63,987 bases of DNA, filler included, from Octopus bimaculoides (GCF_001194135.2; 4 parts of 4 records of this genome joined end to end with filler, not necessarily neighbours in it), one strand, 5' to 3'. Shown: positions 27,431-40,411, counted from the first letter of the whole stretch. A program made the numbers and translations. The notes: generated from the letters alone by a model not told the origin.

Positions 27431-28291
27431 ATATATATATATCTATAATATAAGATGGATTCTCGCGTCTTGAACGAAAATGAGAGTCTATAGACACGAA
27501 TGTGTTTTTTGAATTTGCCTTGCAAACCTTTTGGCAAATGGAACAGGACGGCAAGGCCTGCTTTGCTTCATGCTACAAAATCACAATGACAGGCAGGCTT
27601 TCCATTTAGAGGAGCAGCGTTTTGCCAGCGTGTCTTCATGCTTACAAGAAATTGGCCCCGATGCTGGAGTCGACTTTAGTGAAAAACATATAGTGGATGA
27701 CATTATGACTGGTTGGAAATGCATGAATGAAATTACTAAACAATGTTAGGTAAGGTAGGAAAACAAACGAGAATTTGAAGAATATGTGAAATGAGCCTAG
27801 ACAAAATTGTTGCAAATGTAGGAAACAGTAAGACGCTTATCCCTTCACAATTTGAGACGGTGGAGCGGGGGGCTTTCTACCTCTCCGTAAGTAAACTTTT
27901 ATATTTAAAAGTATTCACTTTTGCCAAAAATATCTTGATCGCAACTAACGAACAGAAACACAATACTACCATGCATACTAGACAATCTGTGTTGTTCTTT
28001 GTCGAAGCCCCATGGATATAAATGAAGATCTACATCCGATTCATCAAACTAATGAGGAGCAAAGATTCCGATACGAGACCATAGGATTGCACGTGTTTCA
28101 CACATTACTTTCAATATTCAGTAACTTGCAATGTGGTCTAAAGAGTGAAGTTGAACTTATATCACAATCCACCGACGTCAACTATAAGACAACTTTCGGA
28201 ATGATCACAATGACAACATTACTAAATTATATCTAAATGTAGTAATAGACAATGCTTAAAACAATTTACTTCATTCATATTACACTACTAT

Positions 28292-28676
28292 GTGGAGGCG
28301 CAATGGCCCAGTGGTTAGGGCAGCGGACTCGCGGTCATAGGATCGCGGTTTCAATTCCCAGACCGGGTGTTGGGATTGTTTATTGAGCGAAAACACCTAA
28401 AGCTCCACGAGGCTCCGGCAGGGGATAGTGGCGAACCCTGCTGTACTCTTCTACCACAACTTTCTCTCACTCTTTCTTCCTGTTTCTGTTGTACCTGTAT
28501 TTCAAAGGGCCAACCTTGTCACACACTGTGTCACGCTGAATATCCCCGAGACCTACGTTAAAGGTACACGTGTGTGTGGAGTGCTCAGCCACTTGCATGT
28601 TAATTTCACGAGCAGGCTGTTCCGTTGATCGGATCGACTGGAACCCTCGACGTTGTAAGCGACGGAGTGCCAACAA
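28292..28676 (+). mobile_element. Full-length tRNA-derived SINE family A
   Basis: A box TGGCCCAGTGG and B-box-like GTTTCAATTCC; 13-bp TSD ATTAC(A/G)CTACTAT. Confidence 0.93.
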
Positions 28677-29230
28677 ATTACGCTACTATAGCCAATAATA
28701 GCTACGACACATTCAATAAAGCCGACCAAAAGCAACCATGCATTAATACAATTTTAAATACCCACCTCTATTGCTAAAAATCTAATAAGAATATTAGCAT
28801 GCACTTGTAGTCTTTTCTGAAAATGTCTTAATATTTCACCTGAGAATTTCAATATTACAACGATGTACTGACCCTTAAGCGAATTCATGGATAAAAACCA
28901 ATATGCAACAAATACAAAATGAAGCCCGCAATTCCATGAACTATTTAAAGCTATTGCTTAAACACTCGCTTTTCAATTTCAATGCTCGCACAAACCTCGT
29001 CATTAATTTTTCCCTTTGATACAAAACATCTCCACAACCAGAGATACCATAAAATATTTAACAAGCGGTAAACGAACTTACAGCAGTGCAACTAACTTTA
29101 AATTATTATGCCAAACTTTGACCAAAAATCTGTAACACTCTAATAATACAATATTCTTCATGAAGCTACTTTAACGGTCAATGCCTTCAGTAACAGCAAT
29201 AGTACATCCAATTTTTATATCAATTTAAAC

Positions 29231-29340
29231 CAGTTGTTCTCAACTGTTTTTACCTATAGGCCCCTTTGATTTTAATTTTATTCTGGGGAACCCCCGTAGC
29301 CATCCGATGTTTAAAAATTTGTTTTATAGATACTTCTATC
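29231..29340. mobile_element. hAT-like MITE end
   Basis: CAGTTGTTCTCAAC start; similar to reverse complement of 62215-62310. Confidence 0.5.
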
Positions 29341-29388
29341 AAAATTCCTATTTTGTATTTCACCCTTTCACTTATGTAGGCTTGCAAT

Positions 29389-29776
29389 AGTGGAGGCGCA
29401 ATGGCCCAGTGGTTAGGGCAGCGGACTCGCGGTCATAGGATCGCGGTTTCGATTCCCAGACCGGGCGTTGTGAGTGTTTATTGAGTGAAAACACCTAAAG
29501 CCCACGAGGCTCCCGCAGGCGATGGTGGTGAACCCTGCTGTACTCTTTCACCACAACTTTCTCTCACTCTTACTTCCTGTTTCTGTTGTGCCTGTAATTC
29601 AAAGGGTCAGCCTTGTCACACTGTGTCACGCTGAATATCCCCGAGAACTACGTTAAGGGTACACGTGTCTGTGGCGTGTTCAGCCACTTGCACGTTAATT
29701 TCACGAGCAGGCTGTTCCGTTGATCGGATCAACTGGAACCCTCGACGTCGTAAGCTACGGAATGCCAACGACACAA
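29389..29776 (+). mobile_element. Full-length SINE family A
   Basis: A and B boxes; 11-bp TSD AGGCTTGCAAT (29378-88 and 29777-87). Confidence 0.95.
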
Positions 29777-29899
29777 AGGCTTGCAATGCAACTCTCTGAA
29801 AGAACACGTTTCAGTGGCGGCAGAAACACGTTGAAGTATGTAAAGTGTTAGAGAAGGAAACCCTTGCTGCTTGCAATAAATATAGCTGAAGCAGAATTT

Positions 29900-30015
29900 T
29901 TCGGGGTTGATACATTAAGTACCAGTTGCGTATTGGGGTCGATCTAATCGTGTGCACCCCCTCCCCAAAAAAAGAAAAATTTCGGGCCTTGTGCCTAGAG
30001 TAAAAAAGATTACAT
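29900..30015 (+). mobile_element. SINE family C, 3' part
   Basis: TTAAGTACCAGTTGCG...GGGCCTTGTGCCTAGAG. Confidence 0.75.
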
Positions 30016-30580
30016 ATCACTGCATTCACTTATTCCTATCTTCTCTTACTACCACCACACAACAATTATTATAGAATTTGCATACCGCTAATATTCATTA
30101 ATTTAAACATTGGTGTATCTCATATATTTTTAATACACGTGTAGAATTTTTATGACATTAAATTTAATAATCTTTCTAATTTTTGATCAATAATTGTTAA
30201 ATCATTTTTACATTAATTTCGCATAATTTTTATGTATGTTACATTATATATTTTAAATATTTAACAATAAATTTATACAGTGACTAAACAATCGAGTGGT
30301 TTAATATTCATATATCTATGCTTTTGATGTATTCAAGTATTGTATAATTCAACGCTTCCAATAACTGTATGCGTTTAGCTTCGTACATCCCATGTTTATA
30401 CAACAGTGTTCATCTTCACACGCACACGTATTTGTTCACGCATGGATGTGTGCGTTTCTTAATGCATTTCTATGTGTGTGTGAGCTCATGATAGTGCAGC
30501 CGAGTATATCGCTCATATAATCGCTAGGGAGTGTGCATTTGTGTGAGAGCGCATGGTATGTATTTGTGTGCATGTGTGTG

Positions 30581-30613
<33 letters not shown>

Positions 30614-30621
30614 GGGGGAAG

Positions 30622-30664
<43 letters not shown>

Positions 30665-30689
30665 AAATAGTGTACATTTAAACACAAGA

Positions 30690-31206
30690 GAAAACTGTGA
30701 CCATGCTGGGGCCCCAATTTTAAGGAGCTTGGTCACACGAATCGACTCCAGTGCTTATATTTATTCTTAAAGCCTGGTACTTTTCCAACCGTTTCTATTT
30801 GCCGAACCGCTAGGCTATGAGGACCTTAACAAGCCAATACTGATTGTATAGCGTTGGAGGAGCAGAACACGAGCACAAAAACACACACACACATGCATAC
30901 ATACATACACACATACATACATACACAAATACATACATACGTGGGTGTGTGTGTATATATATATTTTATTATATGTATTTATTTTCTCCTAGTTAATAAA
31001 TAACTCGGACAAAATAAATCCTCTACAATTGTCATATTCGGTTAAAATGTCTTACGTTTAAGCTGGTTCTCATGCATTTCCCCGAAGAGAAGATTACATT
31101 CTTATCAACATCACCTATTCCTATGGAAGGTATAATTTGTAATCTTCGAAACATATGTTGGAAATAAAGTATGCAGTTAACATATGTGTTTTACTCCATT
31201 TACTTA

Positions 31207-31247
<41 letters not shown>

Positions 31248-31410
31248 TATGTATATGTGTATGTGTGTGCATGTGTGTGTGTCGGGTACCATGTCTTTGT
31301 CGATCCAGGGGCTATAGAAGAAGACACTTTCCCAAGGTGTCACGCAGTGGGACTGAACCCAGAAACATGTGGCTGAGAAGCAAGCTTCTCGCCACAAGAC
31401 TACGCCTTCT
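30690..31410 (-). mobile_element. SINE family B, split by an insertion in its internal microsatellite
   Basis: Tail at 30690-30880, head/core at 31280-31410. Confidence 0.6.
31076..31165 (+). ncRNA. Type I hammerhead ribozyme-like motif (U4C variant, extended stem II)
   Basis: Stem I ATTTCC/GGAAAT, core CCGAAGA, 10-bp stem II GAAGATTACA/TGTAATCTTC, GAA, palindromic helix III ACATATGT, GUU triplet. Confidence 0.7.
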
Positions 31411-31805
31411 TACAGATTATATGAATCTTTTCTATAAATAAAACAGGGAAAAAACTCAAATCCTTCTCGATCTGTATCGAACACGGCAGGAGAATGAAAC
31501 TACATAGGAGACCAAATTAGTTTAGTGCCGTGTTAAGGTTTCTATGGAAACAGTAGATCGATAAATTTGTTGGAACAAAGAAATACAGTGAATTTAATTG
31601 TCGCAGACGGATTTCATAAGCGGCAAACATGGATGAGTGTTGCTTCTCAACCACGTGATTTCAGTGGCGGTCCAACTGTGCGGCACCTAGGACAAGCGTC
31701 TGCTGCTATAGCAACGAACCGACCAACGTCTTGTGAGTGCATTGGTTAAATGGAGACTGTAGAGAAGACAGTTGTGCTTGTGTGTGTGTGATATGTGTGT
31801 GATAC

Positions 31806-31841
<36 letters not shown>

Positions 31842-32005
31842 GTAGGCGCAGGAATGGCTGTGGTAAGTAGCTTGCTTACGAACTACATGGATCTGGGTTC
31901 AGTCTCACTGCGTGGCAACTTGGGCAAGTGTTTTCTACTATAGCCTCGTGCCGACTAAAGCCTTGAGAGTGGATTTGGTAGACGGAATCTGAAAGAAGCT
32001 TGTAG

Positions 32006-32045
<40 letters not shown>

Positions 32046-32312
32046 TGTCTGTCTGTCTGTCTGTGTGTGTGTATCTGTATATGTGCGTGTGTATATGTTT
32101 GTGTGTCTGTGTTTGTCATTCCCAACATCGCCTGACAACCGATGCTGGTGCGTTTATGTCCTCGTAAAGTAGAGGTTCGGCAAAAGAGATCAATAAAATA
32201 TGCACTAGGCTCACAAAGCATAAAGTCATGGGGGTTGATTTGCTCGATTAAAGGTGCTGCCCCAGCATGACCGCAGTCAAATAACTGAAACAATTAAAAG
32301 AATAAAAGAATA
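31842..32312 (+). mobile_element. Full-length SINE family B
   Basis: tRNA-like head with GGTTCAGTC B box, core, internal (TG)n, tail ending in (TAAAAGAA) repeats. Confidence 0.92.
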
Positions 32313-33175
32313 AGGTCTCATATTTTGGACCTAAAGAAGAATTGATTAAATTAAGCTTCGATTATCGACCATGGAATCATGATCGGTGCAAGTGAACGCC
32401 AGCGTAACCTGAACACAGAATGGAAAGAAACATAACGAAATACTAAAAACGTACGATCGTTCTCCATTTAATTTGTATCAGTTTGAATTCTGGAGTTGTT
32501 TCCCTTTCCCATTTACACAAGACTTGTCATTAATATTCATAACATTCCTTTTCATTATGATATACTTTGAAACGATTAACATTATCGGTTACTCACTATG
32601 GAACGTTAGTCTACAGTTAACTATATTTTCTTCTTGCCGAAAGTAACCTCCATTTTTTTTTTTTTTTTTGTATGAGTATTCTGCTTTCAAATTCCTCTAA
32701 CACTGAATAATTTATACATTGAGCTAGAGAATAGAGTAAAAAAATAAAGTAAATAATAAATATGATCAATTTTAAATTCATATTTCTATTTATTTTTTAT
32801 ATGATTTCATTACATTTTGCGTTATTTTATTTCTGAGAAGGGCCTTACTAAATTGCATAACAATAAATTAGTTGGTAACAAAATCAGGCAATCGATTCAG
32901 ATACAAGACATAATTGCTAACATCAAATTATAAATATGACAGCAAAATATATCATTCATTCTCTATTCGATATAAAAAGTGAGATAAATATTAGATATTT
33001 AATTCGAGTGCGGACAATTATAGACAAGACACGAGGGAAAAGGAAAATAAAATCGACAGCCAGACCTTTTCACTTTGTTGTTTTTGTACTATCTATATAT
33101 TTAATATGTATAAACAAGTATATGAATATTATTTATTATATTACATTTATTGATTTTTTTAGTATATACATTATG

Positions 33176-33217
<42 letters not shown>

Positions 33218-33307
33218 NNNNNNNNNNNNNNNNNNNNNNNNNNNNNNNNNNNNNNNNNNNNNNNNNNNNNNNNNNNNNNNNNNNNNNNNNNNNNNNNNNN
33301 NNNNNNN

Positions 33308-33341
<34 letters not shown>

Positions 33342-33344
33342 AGA

Positions 33345-33380
<36 letters not shown>

Positions 33381-34201
33381 CAGACAGACAGACAGACGTA
33401 CGTATACAAACAAGCGTTACAGGTTGTATTTGTATATATTCCTACTTACAAAATAACTTTTACACAAATTGATTGAAGAGAACATTTATTGAGTCTATTC
33501 ACTCATGTCACCTGATATCTCATTCATTACTCGGAGTTCCATACTCGGAGACAATCGATGGGCAAGGATGGTTATTGATCGATACGATCAGATAAAATAG
33601 CAGGATTAGGACGACTTGTTTTGGACGTTCTGGTTCGTGTGTTGATGAAGTTCAGCAATATGGTGATTTATGTTTGACAGATGAATTGGCTTGGGGATGG
33701 TGTTGTTGTTGGTGGTGGTGGTGGTGGTCGTCGTCGTCGTCGTCGTCGTGGTCGAGGTGGTCGTGTAATATGATGAAATTTATTTTCGTGGCGATACTTG
33801 GACATTTGTTCGAATTTTCTGTTTAGAATGCTATTATAACTTTAATTAATATTCAGAACTTCTCCGCACTACAGACGTTAGAAATAGTTATTCTAGTGTT
33901 ATATGTGTTGCTGTAGGCTAACATAAATCATAATATTTGAAAATTAGTACGTCTCTACCAGTGAATTTAATAGTGGATTTGTGGTTCTCATTGCGGTTCT
34001 TAAAGGGTCATTCGCACATTCCTATGTAAGATTTGGCGTATTCTGAAAGTTGATCGAGGGAATTAAGATTAGTTTGCTAAAGGAGCTGTTTTCAAGATTG
34101 ACACATATTTATATCATATTTATTACAAACGACGTCTAAACGAGAAGCAACAGTAATATGATCCCCGATTTGTTTCAACATGGTTGTGTGGCTTTGTTGT
34201 A

Positions 34202-34415
34202 CGGAGAAGAGCTATGATTCTAGCTTTAAGGGTATCACGAAAAGCGTGGCTAGGGACTCAACTTTCCGAGTTCTTTTACAGGGCTTAGAAAAACTGAAGG
34301 ATTGCTGCAATAGGTCTATGAATCTGAGAGGGGAATTTGTTGAATAAAATCATAATTAACTGATCTTCCTGTATTTTCTTTTACCGAAAGCCAGGAACTT
34401 TTCAGCACACACTCG
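34202..34415 (+). mobile_element. Mariner-derived MITE, same family as 6566-6781
   Basis: TA flanks; right TIR AAAGCCAGGAACTTTTCAGCACACACTCG; reads LLQGLEKLKDCCNRSMNLRGEFVE*. Confidence 0.82.
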
Positions 34416-34515
34416 TATAGTTATGTAACTGGATGCTTCAAAATTCTCTCTTCTGTAATTATTAATGGATATCCGGTAACTGCATGCCGCTATAGTGGGA
34501 TATGATGGTTTATAT

Positions 34516-34848
34516 AATTTATCGACCTCGGTGGAATTTGAGCTCAGAACATAGCGACTGACGAAATACCACTAAGCATTTCGTCCGCCGCGCTAACGAT
34601 ACTACAAGCTCGCCGCCTTCTACTTCATTAATAATCTTTTCTACTCTAGGCACAAGGCCCGAAATATTTGGGGAGGAGTTAAGTCGATTACATCTACCCT
34701 AGTACTCAACTGGTACTTAATTTATCGACCCCAAAAAGATGAAAGGCAAAGTCGACCTCGGCGGAATTTGAACTCAGAACGTAATGACAGACGAAATATC
34801 GCTAAGCATTTCGCCCGGCGTGCTAGCGTTTCTGCCAGATCGCCGCCT
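34516..34848 (-). mobile_element. SINE family C (Deu/Nin-like domain): partial copy 34516-34618 plus full copy 34633-34848
   Basis: Minus strand reads GAGTTCAAATTCCGCCGAGGTCGACTTTGCCTTTCATC..GGGGTCGATAAATTAAGTACC, resembling the Deu/Nin SINE core. Confidence 0.85.
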
Positions 34849-37091
34849 TCTGCTTCATTAATAATAATAATAATATTCAGACATTACTGAAAGAAATACA
34901 GAGTTGCAGATGAGAGTTGAAATTGGAAAACTAATTTTTCAAGCCGGGCAGTTTAGTAGTAAGCACAAACTTCTTCCTACTTCCTTTTGCACCAACGTAA
35001 ATATTTAATTGACAGAAATAGATAAAAATATCGTTTCACTTTCGAAGAATTAATAGCTAGAATTTGATCAGTTGATCAACCACCTGCATAGACTGAAAAG
35101 CCCAGCATCACGAAATACAATGAATTCCTGGGAGGAGAAAGGAAGTGAGATTGAAAGACTCGGTAAGTTTCCACTTTTAATGATTATATGATATTTAGCT
35201 CGCAGTCAAATTCTCCAATAACCTGCTGACTATGGAAAGAAGGCATTTTATCTATAATGAAACTAACTGTGATATGTATTAATACAAAACGATAATAAAG
35301 ATAACGGTAAGAGCAGAAAGCTATCATCATATGTTTTATTGTATCTATTTCATCACTTTATAACACCACAATGAATTCAAACATTTAATGGTGCACTTTA
35401 TCTCGCCAGCCCTCCATCACTATTTGAATTTGTTAACGAGCTGTCATCAAATAATACGCTGTTACTTTTTATCACACGATTATGTGTATAACTCATGTTT
35501 ACTTCTGGAGAGGAAGACAAAATGTAACAATCGAACTTAACCGAAAGATGAATTGAACAGCTGTGTTGCACATCAGCCGATCACTCGTTAGTTTTACAGC
35601 ACTCTTGTTCACCTTTACAGCAATGCATTATGTCTTACGTTTCTCAGACTCAACAATACCCAGGATTATAAAATACGTATTAGGCGCCCAGCACATTCTC
35701 ATAAAATCAAATGAACTAGACCATTGAGAGTTAAGTAAAGTTGACAGATAGGTGGTGATTTTCCTGTAACACGTTGAGAAATATTTACTATACACAAGAG
35801 TCCACCATTCATTACTGACAACGTTCTGTATCAAGAACTGGATGAGAACTACCAATTTCTCGTCTGGTTATTCCCTGTGTTAATGGAAAAACTGGTTACT
35901 CAGATAACATAAGGAACAGATAATAAAATTTGTTGAAATGGCGGACTGTTATATCATTTTGATCCTCTAACAACCGTTATGAGAAGCATAAATCCACCTT
36001 TCAATTTTCAGATAGTCACACATCAATTTTCAAATATAATGGTTAATGTTCGTCTACAGTAACACATTAAGACACACATCTACACCTATGGTGCACCACA
36101 ATTGTTTGTGCAGCATTTCACCTGCGAGTACCTCGTGTATATGTATATATAGATATATATATANNNNNNNNNNNNNNNNNNNNNNNNNNNNNNNNNNNNN
36201 NNNNNNNNNNNNNNNNNNNNNNNNNNNNNNNNNNNNNNNNNNNNNNNNNNNNNNNNNNNNNNNNNNNNNNNNNNNNNNNNNNNNNNNNNNNNNNNNNNNN
36301 NNNNNNNNNNNNNNNNNNNNNNNNNNNNNNNNNNNNNNNNNNNNNNNNNNNNNNNNNNNNNNNNNNNNNNNNNNNNNNNNNNNNNNNNNNNNNNNNNNNN
36401 NNNNNNNNNNNNNNNNNNNNNNNNNNNNNNNNNNNNNNNNNNNNNNNNNNNNNNNNNNNNNNNNNNNNNNNNNNNNNNNNNNNNNNNNNNNNNNNNNNNN
36501 NNNNNNNNNNNNNNNNNNNNNNNNNNNNNNNNNNNNNNNNNNNNNNNNNNNNNNNNNNNNNNNNNNNNNNNNNNNNNNNNNNNNNNNNNNNNNNNNNNNN
36601 NNNNNNNNNNNNNNNNNNNNNNNNNNNNNNNNNNNNNNNNNNNNNNNNNNNNNNNNNNNNNNNNNNNNNNNNNNNNNNNNNNNNNNNNNNNNNNNNNNNN
36701 NNNNNNNNNNNNNNNNNNNNNNNNNNNNNNNNNNNNNNNNNNNNNNNNNNNNNNNNNNNNNNNNNNNNNNNNNNNNNNNNNNNNNNNNNNNNNNNNNNNN
36801 NNNNNNNNNNNNNNNNNNNNNNNNNNNNNNNNNNNNNNNNNNNNNNNNNNNNNNNNNNNNNNNNNNNNNNNNNNNNNNNNNNNNNNNNNNNNNNNNNNNN
36901 NNNNNNNNNNNNNNNNNNNNNNNNNNNNNNNNNNNNNNNNNNNNNNNNNNNCACCAATAAAACCGGGAAACCGGCCCTTATGAGCCAGGCATGGGTCGAG
37001 AATGAATAAACAACAACATCAACAATAATCCCCAGCCGAGCGTGCCTTCAGCGTTTTAACGTTCAGATTATCATCAAGTATAATGTTCATT

Positions 37092-37390
37092 AATCTTTTA
37101 TCGTTTACTTGTTTCAGTCATTGGACTGCAGCCATGCTCCAGCACGCTTCCAGGTTCGGTCCCACTGCCTGGCACCTTGGGTAAGTGAGTGTTTTCTACT
37201 ATAACCTCGAGCCGACCAAAAACTTGTGAGTAGATTCCGCAGACGGAAACTGCAAGGTGTTGTCCGTCGTATATACGTGTGTGTACGATGTGTTTCTGCC
37301 AGTTTCCGTCTACCGAATCTACTCACAAGTCTTTGGTCAATCAGAGACTACCGTAGGACCATGTGGGTGGGAAGGAAACTTCTTACCACA
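37092..37390. mobile_element. Rearranged SINE family B with mixed orientations
   Basis: Tail (-) 37092-37146, core (+) 37148-37272, core/head (-) 37283-37390. Confidence 0.8.
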
Positions 37391-39110
37391 CATTCTTTTT
37401 TAATTAATCGTGCAATATCTCGTAGCTTCTAGAATTCGATAATTTATTGCTTTTTAGAATAGCCCCGTAGGGTAGGTGTGAGAGATCAGATCTGGACGTG
37501 TGAGAGATCAGATAAAACGGGTATGGCCCATTTAAACACTGCAAGATTAAAGTAATTCTCAGGCAGGATTAAAGGGCCACAAAGTGAGAAAAAGCGTATC
37601 CCTTAAACTACAGGGTCCACTCGGCGTTTTTACTGGTAGATATAGACTGTTTCTCACTGATAATTAGGTTATCCAACGCAGAAGAAACAAAAACAAGGAG
37701 CGACTACGGTGCGGTTTGAAATCATAAACGTCTTTTTCTCCAATATTATTGTTAAGCTTTAAATTCACATCCCTTCTTCGTAATCAATATTGAGAAAATG
37801 GCGCACAAAAAATAACGAATAATGAAGCAGGAAAGTTACGATGAAATCGTAAATTACAAACATGAACCATTATTGCAACAATAAAAAAAAACAGAAGCAA
37901 CATTCCTGCCGGTAGACCATAAAATACATTCATTCAAACGAATGCACACACACATACACACACATGTGTGTGTGTGTGTGTATGTGTGTGTGTGTGCGTA
38001 TGTGTGTGTGTGTGTGGACAGTTACAAATGTCAGTACATATGCCATGACATGTGCTTGTAGTAAAAAAAGCGATGTTTTTTTACTACCAAGTTGATAGTT
38101 TCTAAAATCCAACGGAGCAGCTTTGTTACCAGTATGAAGAAGTCTCTCNNNNNNNNNNNNNNNNNNNNNNNNNNNNNNNNNNNNNNNNNNNNNNNNNNNN
38201 NNNNNNNNNNNNNNNNNNNNNNNNNNNNNNNNNNNNNNNNNNNNNNNNNNNNNNNNNNNNNNNNNNNNNNNNNNNNNNNNNNNNNNNNNNNNNNNNNNNN
38301 NNNNNNNNNNNNNNNNNNNNNNNNNNNNNNNNNNNNNNNNNNNNNNNNNNNNNNNNNNNNNNNNNNNNNNNNNNNNNNNNNNNNNNNNNNNNNNNNNNNN
38401 NNNNNNNNNNNNNNNNNNNNNNNNNNNNNNNNNNNNNNNNNNNNNNNNNNNNNNNNNNNNNNNNNNNNNNNNNNNNNNNNNNNNNNNNNNNNNNNNNNNN
38501 NNNNNNNNNNNNNNNNNNNNNNNNNNNNNNNNNNNNNNNNNNNNNNNNNNNNNNNNNNNNNNNNNNNNNNNNNNNNNNNNNNNNNNNNATATATATATAT
38601 ATATATATATGGAGAGAGAGAGAGAGAGAGAGAGAAACAGGTACATATTCTCTATAAGAAAAACCATTATTGCATGACATTATACCGGTAGAGATTGACT
38701 GCATCTGTCTTTATCGTTCCGATGATAACTCAGTTTTGTTAAAGATTTCACTAACCATTTCAGTTAGTAATACCATACAACTACATCTGCAGGACATTAA
38801 AAACCATAACAGAGAAGTTCATGATTCCATACCATAAAACTGGAAGCACAAAACATGAAATCAATAAAGAATAAAATACTACGAAATACAACACATTTCT
38901 AATTGCAGACACTACCATTATATAATGCAAAATGAATTCATGTATATTCTCAGAGCATCATGGTCACAAGTTACACACATGTATGCGCGCGCACATTCTG
39001 AGTCGATGGAATAAGTACCAGTTGCGTACAGGGGGTCGATATAATCGACTAGCACATCCCCCACCCCACCGAATTTCAGACCTTGTGTCTTTAGTAGAAT
39101 AGATTATTAC

Positions 39111-39161
<51 letters not shown>

Positions 39162-39406
39162 NNNNNNNNNNNNNNNNNNNNNNNNNNNNNNNNNNNNNNN
39201 NNNNNNNNNNNNNNNNNNNNNNNNNNNNNNNNNNNNNNNNNNNNNNNNNNNNNNNNNNNNNNNNNNNNNNNNNNNNNNNNNNNNNNNNNNNNNNNNNNNN
39301 NNNNNNNNNNNNNNNNNNNNNNNNNNNNNNNNNNNNNNNNNNNNNNNNNNNNNNNNNNNNNNNNNNNNNNNNNNNNNNNNNNNNNNNNNNNNNNNNNNNN
39401 NNNNNN

Positions 39407-39490
<84 letters not shown>

Positions 39491-39764
39491 TTTTACAGGG
39501 AAAATTGCTTTATGAGTTTCGGTTTGTTAGCCATCATCAGAATTTGTCGATATTTTCCTTTTAAATATCAGCAATTATGGTATTCTACAAAAAAAGTATT
39601 GAATGAACCTTCAATTAATCGATAAATTGTTTTTATATATTTGCCAATTCATTCTCAATACGTGTAAGTAGATACGAACAGAAAATATGTTACTTGCCGT
39701 GGAGTACGTCAAAGGAGAAATGAGGATAGTGTGTTCAACACACTCGTCTCTTTGGTGCAGAGGA

Positions 39765-39810
39765 CTCTTGAACCCCAGTGTTTCGACATGTTGTGCCTCG
39801 TCAGTCAGAA
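39765..39810 (-). ncRNA. Type I hammerhead ribozyme-like motif, canonical core
   Basis: CTGACGA, stem II GGCA/TGTC, GAA, helix III ACAC..GGGT (3/4 pairs), GUU triplet; stem I imperfect. Confidence 0.45.
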
Positions 39811-39854
39811 TACCCTGGACTTTTGTTTTTATATAATTTTATATAAAATCAAAC

Positions 39855-40258
39855 ATTGGCGTGGCTGCGTGGAAAAAAGCTTGCTCCCCAACCATGTGGT
39901 TCTAGGTTCAGTCTCACTGCTTGGCACTTTGGGCAGGTCTCTTCTGCTTTAGCCTCGGGCCGACCAAAAGCTTTTGAGTGGATTCGGCAGACGGAAGCTG
40001 AAAGATGTCCGTCGTATGTACGTGTGTGTGTGTGTGTGTGTGTGTGTTTGCCTATGTTTGTCCCAACTACGGCTTGACAACCGGTATTGGTATGTTTGCG
40101 TTCCCGTAACCTAGCGGTTCCGCAAAAATAAAAAAAGGTTAGGACAAGTAGCAGGCTTAAAACTAGAAAGTACTAGGGCCAATATATCCGACAAAAATTC
40201 TTTAAAGCGCTGCCCCAGTACGGCCGCAGTCTAATGACTGAAACAAGTAACAAACAAA
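39855..40258 (+). mobile_element. SINE family B
   Basis: Head, core, (TG)n and tail match other copies. Confidence 0.88.
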
Positions 40259-40411
40259 ATATAGGTGTATCTGTGTTTGTGTGAAATGTAAATGTGTTTG
40301 ATGATGTGAAATACATCCATGTGTGTTCAGTATAAATTATACACATCCTTGCACATAATTTAAATCTTAGCTGTCACTCACGGTAGTTAGTTTGTTATTA
40401 TTATTATTATT

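Noticed and set aside
31056-31120. Minus-strand exon candidate IGDVDKNVIFSSGKCMRTSLN with good splice sites
   Set aside because: Lies inside the repeated, TA-flanked hammerhead element
35628-35855. ORF containing FMRMCWAP, like a tyrosine kinase C-lobe motif
   Set aside because: No other kinase motif or consistent exon structure
39698-39814. Minus-strand exon candidate GILTDEAQHVETLGF...
   Set aside because: No polypyrimidine tract and overlaps a hammerhead-like motif
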